Sequence record: OR608733.1
DNA length: 64,000 nt
Strand: one strand, 5' to 3'
The translations under genes and the position numbers were made by a program. Shown piece after piece: positions 10,971 through 30,631 of the stretch; the stretch's first letter is position 1, and each line of letters opens with the position of its first letter. A model generated the notes under the pieces. That model was not told the DNA's origin, ran no database searches, and saw only the letters and a program-made list of their open reading frames with translations.

Positions 10971-11783
10971 TTATTTTACTTTAGCAGTTGATACTTCACA
11001 TACATTAACTAATTGTTCAAATAACGGTTCGTTATCTGGATCATTAACTAATTTTGATGTATTAATAATAATACCAGAATACAGCATATCGGTTACGTCT
11101 CGATCACTTGTTTTGCTGGTTACACCTTCCCACTTCCATCCATAGTAAATTAAATCAAATGATGAACCAATGTTAAAGATTAATTGAATAAATTTGCATG
11201 TACCATTTTCTTTTAACCAATCAGGTCTATATGGTTCATTTTTATAAAATTCATGCATGAGCACTTTAAAATCAGTTTTAATGTTTTCATGAATAATGCA
11301 ATCAATAGAATTAAGAGCTTCATCAAGAGCTGATTTAGACTCAATAATGATTTCTGATACATTGGCAGATTTTAGTGTAATCATGCCTAGTTCATCTGAG
11401 TGTGCTCTTCCGATTTGAAATACATTGAGCTTACCAATTGGTAAGGTGGCTTTTAATGGCAGATTAGTATAGTGAGATACATCGCTTTTATAACTGTCTT
11501 CATATGACTCAATTAAATTAAGCCATGCTCTTTCAATACGTGTATTCTCAAAATGCTGTTCTTCTTCTAGTAGTCTAGAAATTAGATGATTAATGTATTG
11601 AACATTATGGCCAGTACCTGTAATTGAATTATATTTCGTATTACCGGTAATTCCCCATTTATTATTTTCTTTATTTATCCAACCGTAGATTACACTGTTT
11701 TTAGGATATTTATTTTTAAAATTATCGTATATTTCTTTTAGATGTGGATTAGGGGTAAAACTAAAAGTAGTTGATTCAGTCAT
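10971..11783 (-). CDS. Hypothetical protein (270 aa)
   Basis: Long ORF preceded by TATATTAC early promoter. Confidence 0.85.
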   Translation of the reverse strand: MTESTTFSFTPNPHLKEIYDNFKNKYPKNSVIYGWINKENNKWGITGNTKYNSITGTGHNVQYINHLISRLLEEEQHFENTRIERAWLNLIESYEDSYKSDVSHYTNLPLKATLPIGKLNVFQIGRAHSDELGMITLKSANVSEIIIESKSALDEALNSIDCIIHENIKTDFKVLMHEFYKNEPYRPDWLKENGTCKFIQLIFNIGSSFDLIYYGWKWEGVTSKTSDRDVTDMLYSGIIINTSKLVNDPDNEPLFEQLVNVCEVSTAKVK

Positions 11784-11823
11784 TATAGATACCTATTTGA
11801 ATATTGTTTATTATTGCAAATAT

Positions 11824-11831
11824 GTAATATA
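11824..11831 (-). promoter_or_regulatory. phiKZ early promoter core TATATTAC
   Basis: GTAATATA on + strand, 40 nt upstream of 11783 start; matches the known phiKZ early consensus. Confidence 0.6.
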
Positions 11832-11886
11832 GATCTTAAACTTTTTTTAACTCAGCATAAAGCCTCCCCTAGGGGAGGCAATATGT

Positions 11887-12702
11887 TCATTTATCTATTT
11901 CAGCGTTTGGATCATACCAAGGTAATAAACTTAGTAATGCCGGTTGTTGTTTCTTCATATCCTCTAAGATTGTTGCTTCACTTGCACCTTCTAACATAGT
12001 GGTGAAAGTAATCATGTTCTTAGAGTTATATATCGGACGTAGACCATTACCAAAGAATTTTACCTGTTGAACCATTATTTTGAAATCAGGGTTATCGACT
12101 ACATCTGGGATATAGATAGCAGGTGGCGCACTGAAATAACGTTTAATTAACTCAATAGCCCAATACGTTGGTAAATCACCAAACTGTGATTTCACTGTAG
12201 CTAGGTTTAATTGGAATGCTTTAGGTTCTTCAGGCGGTGGTTCCACCGGATCAACTGGATCAGTGGGTTCTTCAGGGTCAGTAGGTTCAGTTGGCTCTTC
12301 AGGATCCTCTGGATCGCCTTCTGTTGGCTTTTCTTCAGATGTGCCACCATCAGGGTCACCTGAACCATCATCATCTTCAACGGGCTCCTCAGGCGTTTCT
12401 ATAGGCTCCTTCGGATCTTCCTGATTCTCCGATAGATCGGGCTCTTCTGATTCCCCATCTCCATTTGCTTCAGTAGAAGACGTGTCTTCTGATTCTTCAT
12501 CTGTTGTCGAGTCAGTTGCGGCTGTGTTTTCTGAATCGGCAGTGGTATTTTCATTTTCACTTGATTCAGTAGAAACAATTTCAGTAGGAGTGGTTTCAAG
12601 TTCATTGACACTATCCTCTGCATTAGTTACTTCATTAGGGATTTCACTAATTTCTAATAATGTTACTGGTGCACTTACTGCGCGAGCTTTTCGTTTAGCC
12701 AT
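11887..12702 (-). CDS. Acidic Pro/Glu/Asp-rich virion protein (gp35-like, probable head decoration)
   Basis: Low-complexity acidic N-terminal two thirds with EPT/DP repeats, globular C-terminus; identity by synteny. Confidence 0.65.
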   Translation of the reverse strand: MAKRKARAVSAPVTLLEISEIPNEVTNAEDSVNELETTPTEIVSTESSENENTTADSENTAATDSTTDEESEDTSSTEANGDGESEEPDLSENQEDPKEPIETPEEPVEDDDGSGDPDGGTSEEKPTEGDPEDPEEPTEPTDPEEPTDPVDPVEPPPEEPKAFQLNLATVKSQFGDLPTYWAIELIKRYFSAPPAIYIPDVVDNPDFKIMVQQVKFFGNGLRPIYNSKNMITFTTMLEGASEATILEDMKKQQPALLSLLPWYDPNAEIDK

Positions 12703-12711
12703 GGTTGTACC

Positions 12712-13491
<780 letters not shown>

Positions 13492-13577
13492 CTACAATTA
13501 TATTTGAGTTATTGTACTACAGATGATAAAAGAGAAAATACATCATAAGCCCTCTCCATAAGGAGAGGGTATTATAT

Positions 13578-13781
13578 TTACATAGTGTTAAAACACGCAT
13601 TAAATTTAGATAAAGAGCAACCAGTATAAATTAATGATTGCTCTAGTTGTATGATGACATCGCCATTACTATCAAAATCAGCAGCAACAAAAGTAGATTC
13701 AGTTATCTTAAAAGTAGATGGCAACATTTCTAAATAATTAAATATTGCTTGATTATCGATGTCATGAGGATTTAAATCCAT
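13578..13781 (-). CDS. Hypothetical protein (67 aa)
   Basis: AGG SD, followed by hairpin 13549-13570. Confidence 0.6.
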   Translation of the reverse strand: MDLNPHDIDNQAIFNYLEMLPSTFKITESTFVAADFDSNGDVIIQLEQSLIYTGCSLSKFNACFNTM

Positions 13782-13788
13782 ATGTTAC

Positions 13789-14658
13789 CTATACATAGAT
13801 AGTTATGGACCAAATATTAACAGGGCTGCATAAGACAATTGTGATTAAATCTCCATGAGTTCTCTGATAATGGTTGGAACACATAACTTTGATTAACTTT
13901 AATTTTTTAGTTTCTTTATTTTGAATTTCTTTGATAAGTGATTCAATAAGATCAGTAGTAATAAGTGAATGACCATCAATAAATGGTTTTATACTTACTA
14001 GCGAATCTTTGTTAAATAGAATTGCATCATCATATTCACATGTAGATGCGGTCTTGTATATGGATGCAACTTTATTAACTTTGTCATTAGTGACTATAGA
14101 AAAATTAAATTCACTCTTAGTTTTACTCAACGATGTTTCAAATAATTTATATTTATCAATAATAGTTTTATTATCAATAAATGATTTCATTCCAATATTT
14201 AAATCTATGTCCAGGGTATAAGAGTTATGTATTAATCCAACTGATAGTTGAGTTTCATTACCACTATTGTTAAACTTAATATTATTAACTGAACATATCT
14301 GATTATTAATAAACGATAATAATAGTTTAGAAATAGTTTTAATAACATTAACTTCATAATCATTATTAGTACAAGCAAGTGCAGTTGTCATGTATCGACT
14401 AACTTGACCAACATCTAGTTTCTGATAGGGATTATCACTATCTATCCATGGGTCAATAGTTAAATTAATCCTTAGACTAGCTAGAATATCAGAAGATGTT
14501 TCAGAATAAATGAAAAACACATTATTGTTAAGATCATCTTTTAGCCAACCACTAGTTCTAAGATTTTCTAGATCTTTTTCATTAGATACCGATTGACTTA
14601 ATTGCTGAATTAAACTAGGGTTAGCTAGGTTTAATAAACTAATCATTTTATAAACCAT
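13789..14658 (-). CDS. Hypothetical protein (289 aa)
   Basis: GAGGA SD, very AT-rich long ORF. Confidence 0.8.
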   Translation of the reverse strand: MVYKMISLLNLANPSLIQQLSQSVSNEKDLENLRTSGWLKDDLNNNVFFIYSETSSDILASLRINLTIDPWIDSDNPYQKLDVGQVSRYMTTALACTNNDYEVNVIKTISKLLLSFINNQICSVNNIKFNNSGNETQLSVGLIHNSYTLDIDLNIGMKSFIDNKTIIDKYKLFETSLSKTKSEFNFSIVTNDKVNKVASIYKTASTCEYDDAILFNKDSLVSIKPFIDGHSLITTDLIESLIKEIQNKETKKLKLIKVMCSNHYQRTHGDLITIVLCSPVNIWSITIYV

Positions 14659-14748
14659 TTTATTATCCTCTAATTTATGTAATTACATGGAATAAATAAC
14701 ATAAGTACTTTTATGACTTATGATTTGATTCTCCAGGAGGTTTTCCCA

Positions 14749-15987
14749 ATGGCAACTATTAAAGAAGTCCTTGATAGAAATTTTAAGGATGTTCAATTTG
14801 ATCGCGATTTATGTAAAAGAATTATTGACTTTACTATCAGTTTTATGAATAGGAATGCTGATCACTCTGCTTTCTTTGGTGGTGTATTACTAGGTGTACA
14901 ACAAGTTAAATTCTTCGATACGGATCGTGAGATTTGGTATGATGATGTTTTACGAATTGATGAAGCGCTGTTAGTCCAAGATTTTAAGTCAGTTGAATTC
15001 ATTGACCCTAACCATCGTGTAATGTCAGATGTATTCAATCATCTTCCTGCCTATATTTGTTCTAGGCTTTTAAAAACAACTAATGTTCCTTTGAATATTA
15101 GACATGAAGCAATGGTTAGTTGTTTCATGGTGTTGCATTTTAAATATCTAACATCTTTACTTGTACCACGCTTTAAATATCCTGCACGTAAAGAAGTAGC
15201 CGAAGCTGCATTCGCCGCACTCAATTATCGATTTGACATTAAGACAATTGGGTCATGGGAGAAACTATTTAGGCAACGGGCTGAAGGTATCATTGCACCT
15301 GATTCTATTTATGCACCTTTCTTAACTGGTAAAACACAAGAACTGGATTATTGGTCTGGTCGTGTGGTATCTGATACTCAAACACGTCTACGTGAATTAA
15401 TCAACAAGTACTATGATGTTTATATCAGAACACTGCAATCAGGTGGTAAATTAGTTATTTCATCGGATATGGCTGTTAATTCTGATGGTGAGCAGATTCT
15501 ACGCGATAAGTCTACTGGGTATCGCTCATATCTTACTTATATCCATCAAGTTGCGCAACAAGAACAAAATTTCATTAGACCTGAGCTAGTCGGTATTATT
15601 GAAAAGATAATGCCCACAATGCCTCCAGAAATGTTCATGGCAACGCTTAGACACCTTTCCCGTAACATCGGTCAACCTAGAGCACAAAAGCTTGAGAAAC
15701 TCGTAGATGAGTGCTTATTGTATGCTTTCGATTATATGCAATCACTCCGTACAATGGTTGCTAGAAATAATGATCTACAAACATTGCTTGTAAAAATACG
15801 AGCAAAGATAATGGCATCTAAAACAGAAAATGCTCAAGTTATTTTCATGCGTGAAGAAGGTGAGAAGTTAGTTAGGGATGCGACTAATTCTAGGGTACCT
15901 GCATATATCGCAGCAACTAGGACTGGGTTGATGTTGTATTTAATTCTACGTGCTATGACTAAGAATTACTATACAAAAACAAAATAA
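14749..15987 (+). CDS. Conserved jumbo-phage protein, probable virion component (gp32-like)
   Basis: AGGAGG SD upstream of ATG 14749 (track start 14713); long ORF with terminator. Confidence 0.8.
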   Translation: MATIKEVLDRNFKDVQFDRDLCKRIIDFTISFMNRNADHSAFFGGVLLGVQQVKFFDTDREIWYDDVLRIDEALLVQDFKSVEFIDPNHRVMSDVFNHLPAYICSRLLKTTNVPLNIRHEAMVSCFMVLHFKYLTSLLVPRFKYPARKEVAEAAFAALNYRFDIKTIGSWEKLFRQRAEGIIAPDSIYAPFLTGKTQELDYWSGRVVSDTQTRLRELINKYYDVYIRTLQSGGKLVISSDMAVNSDGEQILRDKSTGYRSYLTYIHQVAQQEQNFIRPELVGIIEKIMPTMPPEMFMATLRHLSRNIGQPRAQKLEKLVDECLLYAFDYMQSLRTMVARNNDLQTLLVKIRAKIMASKTENAQVIFMREEGEKLVRDATNSRVPAYIAATRTGLMLYLILRAMTKNYYTKTK

Positions 15988-15994
15988 ACATAAT

Positions 15995-16015
15995 GCCCTC
16001 CCGCAATGGGAGGGC
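15995..16015. terminator. Bidirectional terminator hairpin
   Basis: GCCCTCCC-GCAAT-GGGAGGGC between convergent genes. Confidence 0.75.
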
Positions 16016-16033
16016 TTATGCTGTTAAGTAACA

Positions 16034-16396
16034 TTAGCTAGATTGATCATTACATAAATTTTTCAGAGCATCGTAAATAGCCACATAAGTAAAAATAGTT
16101 AAACTATCTTTAATTTCCTTACGCGGGGTACCACTGAATCCACCCCATGATACATTTGTATTACTAACGCATACAGTGCTAATAGCTGGCTCATGATAGC
16201 CACCATCCACTTTACGCTTTGCATAAACCTTAGCCGTAATTTCTCCACGTAACTTTTTGAAGAAAACTAGAGCACCCGGAACGACTATACGTTTATTACC
16301 AATCTTCGTAATAAATTCTTTACGATTAGTAAAGTGCTCTTTTAATAAATCATTAATAATTTTAGTTAAACTATCAATTTCATTCTTCATCGACAC
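16034..16396 (-). CDS. Hypothetical protein (120 aa)
   Basis: AAGGA SD, overlaps upstream stop. Confidence 0.7.
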   Translation of the reverse strand: MSMKNEIDSLTKIINDLLKEHFTNRKEFITKIGNKRIVVPGALVFFKKLRGEITAKVYAKRKVDGGYHEPAISTVCVSNTNVSWGGFSGTPRKEIKDSLTIFTYVAIYDALKNLCNDQSS

Positions 16397-17583
16397 GTTG
16401 TTAGTTCCTTACAAATAAACTTGATAACGTGATCACTTACAAATTTCAATGGACCAGAACAATTAGATTTCTCAATAGCGGTTTCAGTGTATGAAATTAT
16501 TTGATTTCCACTTAAGGATAATGAATCAAATAATTCATAAGAGTTATTATTTTTATTCTTAAAGGATACTGCATATTGACTATTTTCACTATTGATGCAA
16601 AATAGGTTAATAGCTGGGATAGATACAGAGTTATCTGAAGTATGGCTATTTTCCGTAATATTCCAATTACTGTATACAGTGAAAATATTTGCAGCTAGTA
16701 AAAGGTTGGCATTAACCGTTTCTAAACTAACATACTCCACAGAAGTACCTTTATGCCAATATAGTTCAATTGGATTAACCCAAGTATACCCAATGGTTTT
16801 ATAGAAGGCATGCATTACATATTCTCGCCAACGTGTGGGTTTCTTATTATCAGTTAAAACACACGTAATATTGCCTGACGGATAAATGTGGTGGATGCTA
16901 CATGCATTAATTTCATCTCTAACATTAGTTGTTTCAGTAATATTAGAATGATCCTGTTTGAATAGCCATTTTAAATGACTATTAGTTGTGTCATCACCTT
17001 CCCCATTTGCAATGTCATTTTCTAACCACTTTTCAAATGTAGCTTGTCTATCAGGTGTTGGCATTCCCCAATAGGTAGCTAAAATGAAACGATAATAGTA
17101 TCGAATAATATCATCATCGTTAAGAATATTTTTATCCAGTTTCCAGTGATGTTGATACTCGTATACTTCGCTTGGAATATTATTTACTTGATACCATGTA
17201 TTAATTAATACTTGAATTGTTAATTGCCGAATACTCTCACTTGTTAGAGTGTAATATTCCCTGCTATGCGGCTCTTCAATTGTCACTTCTTGATCAGTAT
17301 AACCAATGTATTTAGGTTTACCATCGATGAGTGCAAAATTAACATTCCATGATGTATCATTACTAAAAGTGATATTAATAAAACCTTGTTCAAAGCTAGG
17401 CTTCACTACGAAACTGACATCATCCTTCTGATATGTCATTTGCGTTAGAATACCAAAATTAATTTTAGATGTAAATTCTTTATCGAAGTTATGTTTATAA
17501 AGTAATCCTAGTAAACAATCAATTTTATTAATAGTGTGGTTTTCTAATAATAAATCAGTATTTGTAAGTTCATTAATTTTCAT
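16387..17583 (-). CDS. Hypothetical protein (398 aa)
   Basis: GAGG SD, long ORF, TATATTAC at 17637-17644. Confidence 0.85.
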   Translation of the reverse strand: MKINELTNTDLLLENHTINKIDCLLGLLYKHNFDKEFTSKINFGILTQMTYQKDDVSFVVKPSFEQGFINITFSNDTSWNVNFALIDGKPKYIGYTDQEVTIEEPHSREYYTLTSESIRQLTIQVLINTWYQVNNIPSEVYEYQHHWKLDKNILNDDDIIRYYYRFILATYWGMPTPDRQATFEKWLENDIANGEGDDTTNSHLKWLFKQDHSNITETTNVRDEINACSIHHIYPSGNITCVLTDNKKPTRWREYVMHAFYKTIGYTWVNPIELYWHKGTSVEYVSLETVNANLLLAANIFTVYSNWNITENSHTSDNSVSIPAINLFCINSENSQYAVSFKNKNNNSYELFDSLSLSGNQIISYTETAIEKSNCSGPLKFVSDHVIKFICKELTTCR

Positions 17584-17636
17584 TTTAACCTCTCTAAAAT
17601 TTACAATCTAGTTTTACTTATTGAATAAGCAAACAT

Positions 17637-17644
17637 GTAATATA
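17637..17644 (-). promoter_or_regulatory. phiKZ early promoter core TATATTAC
   Basis: GTAATATA on + strand just downstream of terminator 17685-17702. Confidence 0.6.
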
Positions 17645-17710
17645 TATCTTAATTATTTTTTAGCATAGTTTTTAACAACATAAAGCCTCCCCGAAGGGAG
17701 GCGATATGCT

Positions 17711-17892
17711 TTAGCTTTTTTGGTTAGTACCGACAGTCTGCTCATTCTTTTCAGTTTGAGCATTTCGCCGAAGTTGACTAACCAGACCATTGCCAGCCGC
17801 AACTACATCGGGAGAAAAGAATGCATTGATATCAAAGTTCTGATCTTGGTTGCGAGTCTTCCCAGGTGGGACCATCGGATATACTTTTGCCA

Positions 17893-17893
<1 letters not shown>
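17711..17893 (-). CDS. Small protein downstream of tail tube (60 aa)
   Basis: TAATG stop/start coupling to tube gene, ends before terminator. Confidence 0.65.
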
Positions 17894-18774
<881 letters not shown>

Positions 18775-18805
18775 TTAACTTTTCCTCATTCTGAAAGCCA
18801 CCCAC

Positions 18806-20944
<2,139 letters not shown>

Positions 20945-21021
20945 CTAACAGTCAATCATAGATATTAATCATAGTTGACCATACTAGTTATTTTTTACTA
21001 TCCATTTAAGGAGTAGCGGTA

Positions 21022-26352
<5,331 letters not shown>

Positions 26353-26491
26353 ATATACTGCCCCCTAGGAACCACCTAGGGGGCTTTATAACGTCTTTTA
26401 ACACATTATCCATATGAGACTATACTTTACAATTGCCGTTCAATACGGCTTTATTATGGCACATTAAAATAAGTACCTTAAAGGGCAGTGT

Positions 26492-28645
26492 ATGGACGTT
26501 ATACTTTTCAATAGTGATTGGGATAAATACTACAGCGCTAGTGTTGATCTTACTACTAAAAATAAATCTTTTATAAAGTTAGCTTTAACTTATAAAAAGA
26601 TGGGTATTAAAAATTACAAATTTATACTAGCTATATTGGACCAAGGTTTAATTGGGGTGGATCCATATGACCCTAATCTTAGCGAAGAAATGAAGTTTCG
26701 TATTAACATGGAATGCAAATATAATCCTTGGTATTTTTTTAGGGAAGTGGCAAGAATCCCCCCTAACTCGGGTAATAATCCAATTCCATTCCAAGCTAAC
26801 CGTGGTAATATTGCTTTATTCTGGTGTTATTTCAATCACGTAGATTTTGGTTTATTACAGCCTCGTCAGACAGGTAAGTCCGTATCAACTGACGTGCTCA
26901 ATACAGGCATGATGTATATCTGGGGTGAGAACACTAAGATTAACCTTATTACTAAAGATAACAAACTACGCAATGCTAACATCGAGCGTCTAAAAGTAAT
27001 GCGTGATTTGTTACCAGAGTATATCCACTATACTGATCCATTAGATGCGGATAACTCCGAATTGATGACATGTATTAGATTAGGTAATAGGTATCTAACA
27101 GCTGTTGGTCGAAATGATGTTAACGCAGCTGATAAATTAGGTCGTGGTCTTACAGTACCAAATATGCACTTTGACGAACTTGCATATATTAACTTAATTG
27201 GTGTTTCACTACCTGTTGCACTTGCATCAGGTTCAGCAGCTCGTGATGAAGCTCGCCGTGAGAACCAGCCTTATGGTAACATCTATACAACTACAGCTGG
27301 TAACATCACTACCCGTGATGGTGAATTTGCATATCACTTCTTAACAGGTGGCTGCCCATGGTCAGAGGAATTCTTTGATCTACCAGATCAGAAAACTCTA
27401 CATCGTGTTGTAGAAAAAGGCACTACTGGAAAGAAACCTCTAGTTTATGGTGCATTTAACCACCGTCAATTAGGACGTACCGATGAGTGGTTATATAACA
27501 CACTTCGTGAATCAGGTTCATTCGGTGAAATTGCCGATAGGGACTTCTTCAATATCTGGACAGTTGGTGGTGAAGGTTCACCCTTATCATCAGATGAGAA
27601 AGATAAACTTAAAAACAATATGCGTGAGCCAAGCTGGACAGAAATCACGGATGATGGTTACACACTTCGTTGGTATATACCAAAAGAAGAAGTAGCCTCA
27701 CGGATGATGAAGGGTAGGTTCGTTATGGGTACCGACCCATCTGAACTTCTTGGTGAAGATAATGACGCCACCGGCACAGTTGTAGTTGATGTAGAAACAC
27801 ATGAGGTTATGTGTGTTGGTAGATACAATGAATCATCAGTGCCATCAATGGGTAATTTCTTTGCAACAATGCTATTGAGATATCCTAATATTCTTTGGAT
27901 ACCAGAACGTAAATCAATAGGTATATCGTTAATTGACCATGTTATCTTGATTCTACATACTAAAGGAGTAGATCCATTCCGGCGTATCTTTAACAGAATT
28001 GTCAATGAATCATCAGAAAGAGAAAATGATTTCAGAGACATTCAAACTCCGTTATCAGCAAGACAACCATCGTTCTATGATAGGTTTAAACGTTATTTTG
28101 GCTATGCAACGTCAGGTACTGGCGAGTATTCTCGTGATAATCTATTTAAGGTGGCATTACCATCAGCAATGCATTATGGGGTAAGGACCATCTATGATAA
28201 ACCACTTAGCACGGAGTTATTAGCACTTACTATCCGTAATGGTAGAATTGACCATGCTAAGGGAAACCATGATGACTTAGTGGTATCATTATTATTAGCC
28301 CATTGGTTATTAATACAAGGTAAGAATTTATCTTATTATGGTATCAATGTTCCCATCTTAGGTAAATCAAAATTACGTGATAAAGAACCAAGTCAACTTG
28401 AAAAATATCATGAAGAGAAAGAACAGCAAGGTCGCAAAGAATTTGAAGAGATAATTGAGCAGCTTCGCGGTGAAAAGAACCCGATGATTGCAGCTAAATT
28501 AGAAATGCGTTTGAAACAATTGTCTAAACGTGTTAATATTGATGATAGCAGTGGTGTAGGTATTGATGCCATGTTAAATCAAGCTCGTGCAGAGCGTACA
28601 CGTAGAGTGCGTATTAACAGATATTCTAGAAATAGTTGGTATTAA
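26492..28645 (+). CDS. terL: Terminase large subunit
   Basis: Walker A PRQTGKS, Walker B HFDE, RNase H acidic motifs FVMGTDPS and HDDLVVS. Confidence 0.93.
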   Translation: MDVILFNSDWDKYYSASVDLTTKNKSFIKLALTYKKMGIKNYKFILAILDQGLIGVDPYDPNLSEEMKFRINMECKYNPWYFFREVARIPPNSGNNPIPFQANRGNIALFWCYFNHVDFGLLQPRQTGKSVSTDVLNTGMMYIWGENTKINLITKDNKLRNANIERLKVMRDLLPEYIHYTDPLDADNSELMTCIRLGNRYLTAVGRNDVNAADKLGRGLTVPNMHFDELAYINLIGVSLPVALASGSAARDEARRENQPYGNIYTTTAGNITTRDGEFAYHFLTGGCPWSEEFFDLPDQKTLHRVVEKGTTGKKPLVYGAFNHRQLGRTDEWLYNTLRESGSFGEIADRDFFNIWTVGGEGSPLSSDEKDKLKNNMREPSWTEITDDGYTLRWYIPKEEVASRMMKGRFVMGTDPSELLGEDNDATGTVVVDVETHEVMCVGRYNESSVPSMGNFFATMLLRYPNILWIPERKSIGISLIDHVILILHTKGVDPFRRIFNRIVNESSERENDFRDIQTPLSARQPSFYDRFKRYFGYATSGTGEYSRDNLFKVALPSAMHYGVRTIYDKPLSTELLALTIRNGRIDHAKGNHDDLVVSLLLAHWLLIQGKNLSYYGINVPILGKSKLRDKEPSQLEKYHEEKEQQGRKEFEEIIEQLRGEKNPMIAAKLEMRLKQLSKRVNIDDSSGVGIDAMLNQARAERTRRVRINRYSRNSWY

Positions 28646-28698
28646 ACAAAAAAAATAATAATACGTTACCCTCTTCGCAATGAAGAGGGTATTTGAAG

Positions 28699-28965
28699 TT
28701 AAGCAACTCTAGCGAACAAAAGATTACTGGAGTTAGAATTAATATGATAGTTAGACGATCCGTCAATCCATTTAGCATCAGAAATCTTGTTTACAAGCTG
28801 ACCATTGCCAATGTAACCTAGGAAAGTTTTATTATCATATACAGCAATTTTGATTAGCTCATTTCGTCCGTAGACTAGTGGCTTACCATTGAATGCTGTT
28901 ACTTCTAAACCAGCCATGTATCCATAAATTGGATCAGGTCTGGAACTTGTTTCAAAGACTTTCAT
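28699..28965 (-). CDS. Hypothetical protein (start refined to MKVFET)
   Basis: GAGGAG SD upstream of ATG 28965. Confidence 0.7.
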   Translation of the reverse strand: MKVFETSSRPDPIYGYMAGLEVTAFNGKPLVYGRNELIKIAVYDNKTFLGYIGNGQLVNKISDAKWIDGSSNYHINSNSSNLLFARVA

Positions 28966-29059
28966 TCGAAGTCTCCTCTGCAAGAAAGCCCATTTTGGGC
29001 GAAAATGTCAAGCTTAAACTTGACGACATATAGCCCTCCTGTTGCACCAGGAGGGCTAA

Positions 29060-29243
29060 TCTTTTTCAGAACTTACGGTATTGTTATAATACTGCTAGCG
29101 AAAATGCCCACGAGGGGTAAGTAGCTAATCCGCAGTTCTCTTGGATGACACCTACTGACAGTGTAGTCGCGAATGCACTGTTTGGAACCCCATTGGTTTA
29201 GCGGCCAATGGGGAATTCCTTTTATGTTGTCTCGACCTTCTTT
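29060..29243 (-). ncRNA. Candidate structured ncRNA / 3' UTR element
   Basis: ORF-free GC-rich segment with stems 29188-96/29205-13 and 29158-65/29174-81, ending at terminator 29033-29056. Confidence 0.35.
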
Positions 29244-29660
29244 TTAGTAGGCTTTTTTGTACTTCCATTTGTACAGTTGGTGCAGGATGAAACTCGGAAC
29301 ACCTAAAGCCAGTACACCTGCAATGGCCGTACCGACGATCTCTTGGGGTGTGATTGCATTGAACTCGGTGCCGAAAACAACCCGAGTAATGATAATGACA
29401 ATCAAACCGATCAGAGTGGTGATCCAGAGGTGCGGGTGCAAGGAACGGCTCAGGCGAAGACCTGGAGCAGAAACACGTTCCATCCGAGTTGACCAGGTGT
29501 GGTTACGGTAGTACATCATGTCAGTGAAGTAATCACTGTAGATGTGCAACAGTTCCCCGCGTTGGTCACCAGTACCATGAGCCAAGCCATGGTAATAGTA
29601 AATCCCACCATCCTCTTTGTGGGTGTAAAGTTCAGCATCCTTTTTATGTTGCATCGCCAT
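29244..29660 (-). CDS. Hypothetical membrane protein with two C-terminal TM helices
   Basis: Hydrophobic LWITTLIGLIVIIITRVVF and IVGTAIAGVLALGVPSFIL segments. Confidence 0.75.
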   Translation of the reverse strand: MAMQHKKDAELYTHKEDGGIYYYHGLAHGTGDQRGELLHIYSDYFTDMMYYRNHTWSTRMERVSAPGLRLSRSLHPHLWITTLIGLIVIIITRVVFGTEFNAITPQEIVGTAIAGVLALGVPSFILHQLYKWKYKKAY

Positions 29661-29688
29661 TATTCATCCCACCCTTTTACTTCGTACC
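29657..29688. repeat. 32-bp gene-junction repeat, copy 1
   Basis: CCATTATTCATCCCACCCTTTTACTTCGTACC, 31/32 identical to 31040-31071. Confidence 0.9.
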
Positions 29689-30227
29689 GGAGTCAGTTGT
29701 TTGAGAGCATTGATGATACGGTGAACAGTATCACGTGCCAGTTCTCGGGTATGGAAGTTATTGGATATTTGGTAACGCAGTTCGACTTCTCCATTTTCAG
29801 AGTTCCGGTCGAAATCTTTTACGATGTATTCGCTATCCAGAATAGCTTCCACCATTTCTTTGTTAAGTTCGAACTCAGCGATAGTCGGTGAAACCAAACG
29901 ACCCTGAAGATTTCTGATTACTTCGTTGCGGAATGCAATGGCGCCTTCTGCAATCTCCAGTCGCTCTTCTGCGGAGATGAACGGGTTCTTCCAGAGTTCG
30001 GTTTCCATGGTAGGTCGAACAGAGGCTTTCTCCCATGCAATGCACCAGTAGAACCAACGTTCTTGAATTTCTTCGTTGGCTTTATCGAATGCTGTTATCG
30101 CGTTTTTATTACGGTGACAATCCAGAGGACGAGTAGCCTTCGGAAGCCAGGTGTCAGTCTTCTCACAGTAAACGAAACGATCAACACCAGGGGTCACTGC
30201 TTGGAATTCCTTCAATTTTTTGTCCAT
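29664..30227 (-). CDS. Hypothetical early-region protein (187 aa)
   Basis: GAGG SD, track ORF. Confidence 0.8.
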   Translation of the reverse strand: MDKKLKEFQAVTPGVDRFVYCEKTDTWLPKATRPLDCHRNKNAITAFDKANEEIQERWFYWCIAWEKASVRPTMETELWKNPFISAEERLEIAEGAIAFRNEVIRNLQGRLVSPTIAEFELNKEMVEAILDSEYIVKDFDRNSENGEVELRYQISNNFHTRELARDTVHRIINALKQLTPVRSKRVG

Positions 30228-30234
30228 GATGACC

Positions 30235-30570
30235 TCAGATATTTACCATGTTCATAAATTCGGTGTAGTTGTAGCCGGTATTCATATCGAGGTAGTCTTG
30301 TTCGACCATGTCGTCATTCAGGTACTTGACGTAAGCCTCGGCGTGAGCAGTGGCTACCGACTTGGTGAAGAAGTAACGAGCGTGTTGACGGTTCTGTTCG
30401 AACCGACGCAGATTAGTAGTGGCCTGACCGCCGAAACCATTGACCTCCATTACCCCGTAAACAGTACGATCATCCAGAGTAGTGATCTGTGCAATCACTA
30501 CACGAGAAGCATTTTCCGAATGGTCGATGAACGTCATACTGTAAATCTCGATTTCTTTGAAGTCTTCCAT
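30235..30570 (-). CDS. Hypothetical early-region protein (111 aa)
   Basis: AGGA SD, track ORF. Confidence 0.75.
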   Translation of the reverse strand: MEDFKEIEIYSMTFIDHSENASRVVIAQITTLDDRTVYGVMEVNGFGGQATTNLRRFEQNRQHARYFFTKSVATAHAEAYVKYLNDDMVEQDYLDMNTGYNYTEFMNMVNI

Positions 30571-30631
30571 TAGAATTTCCTGTTAAGAAATGAATAGACA
30601 ACCCCTACCCGAAGGGAGGGGCCTTATATCG

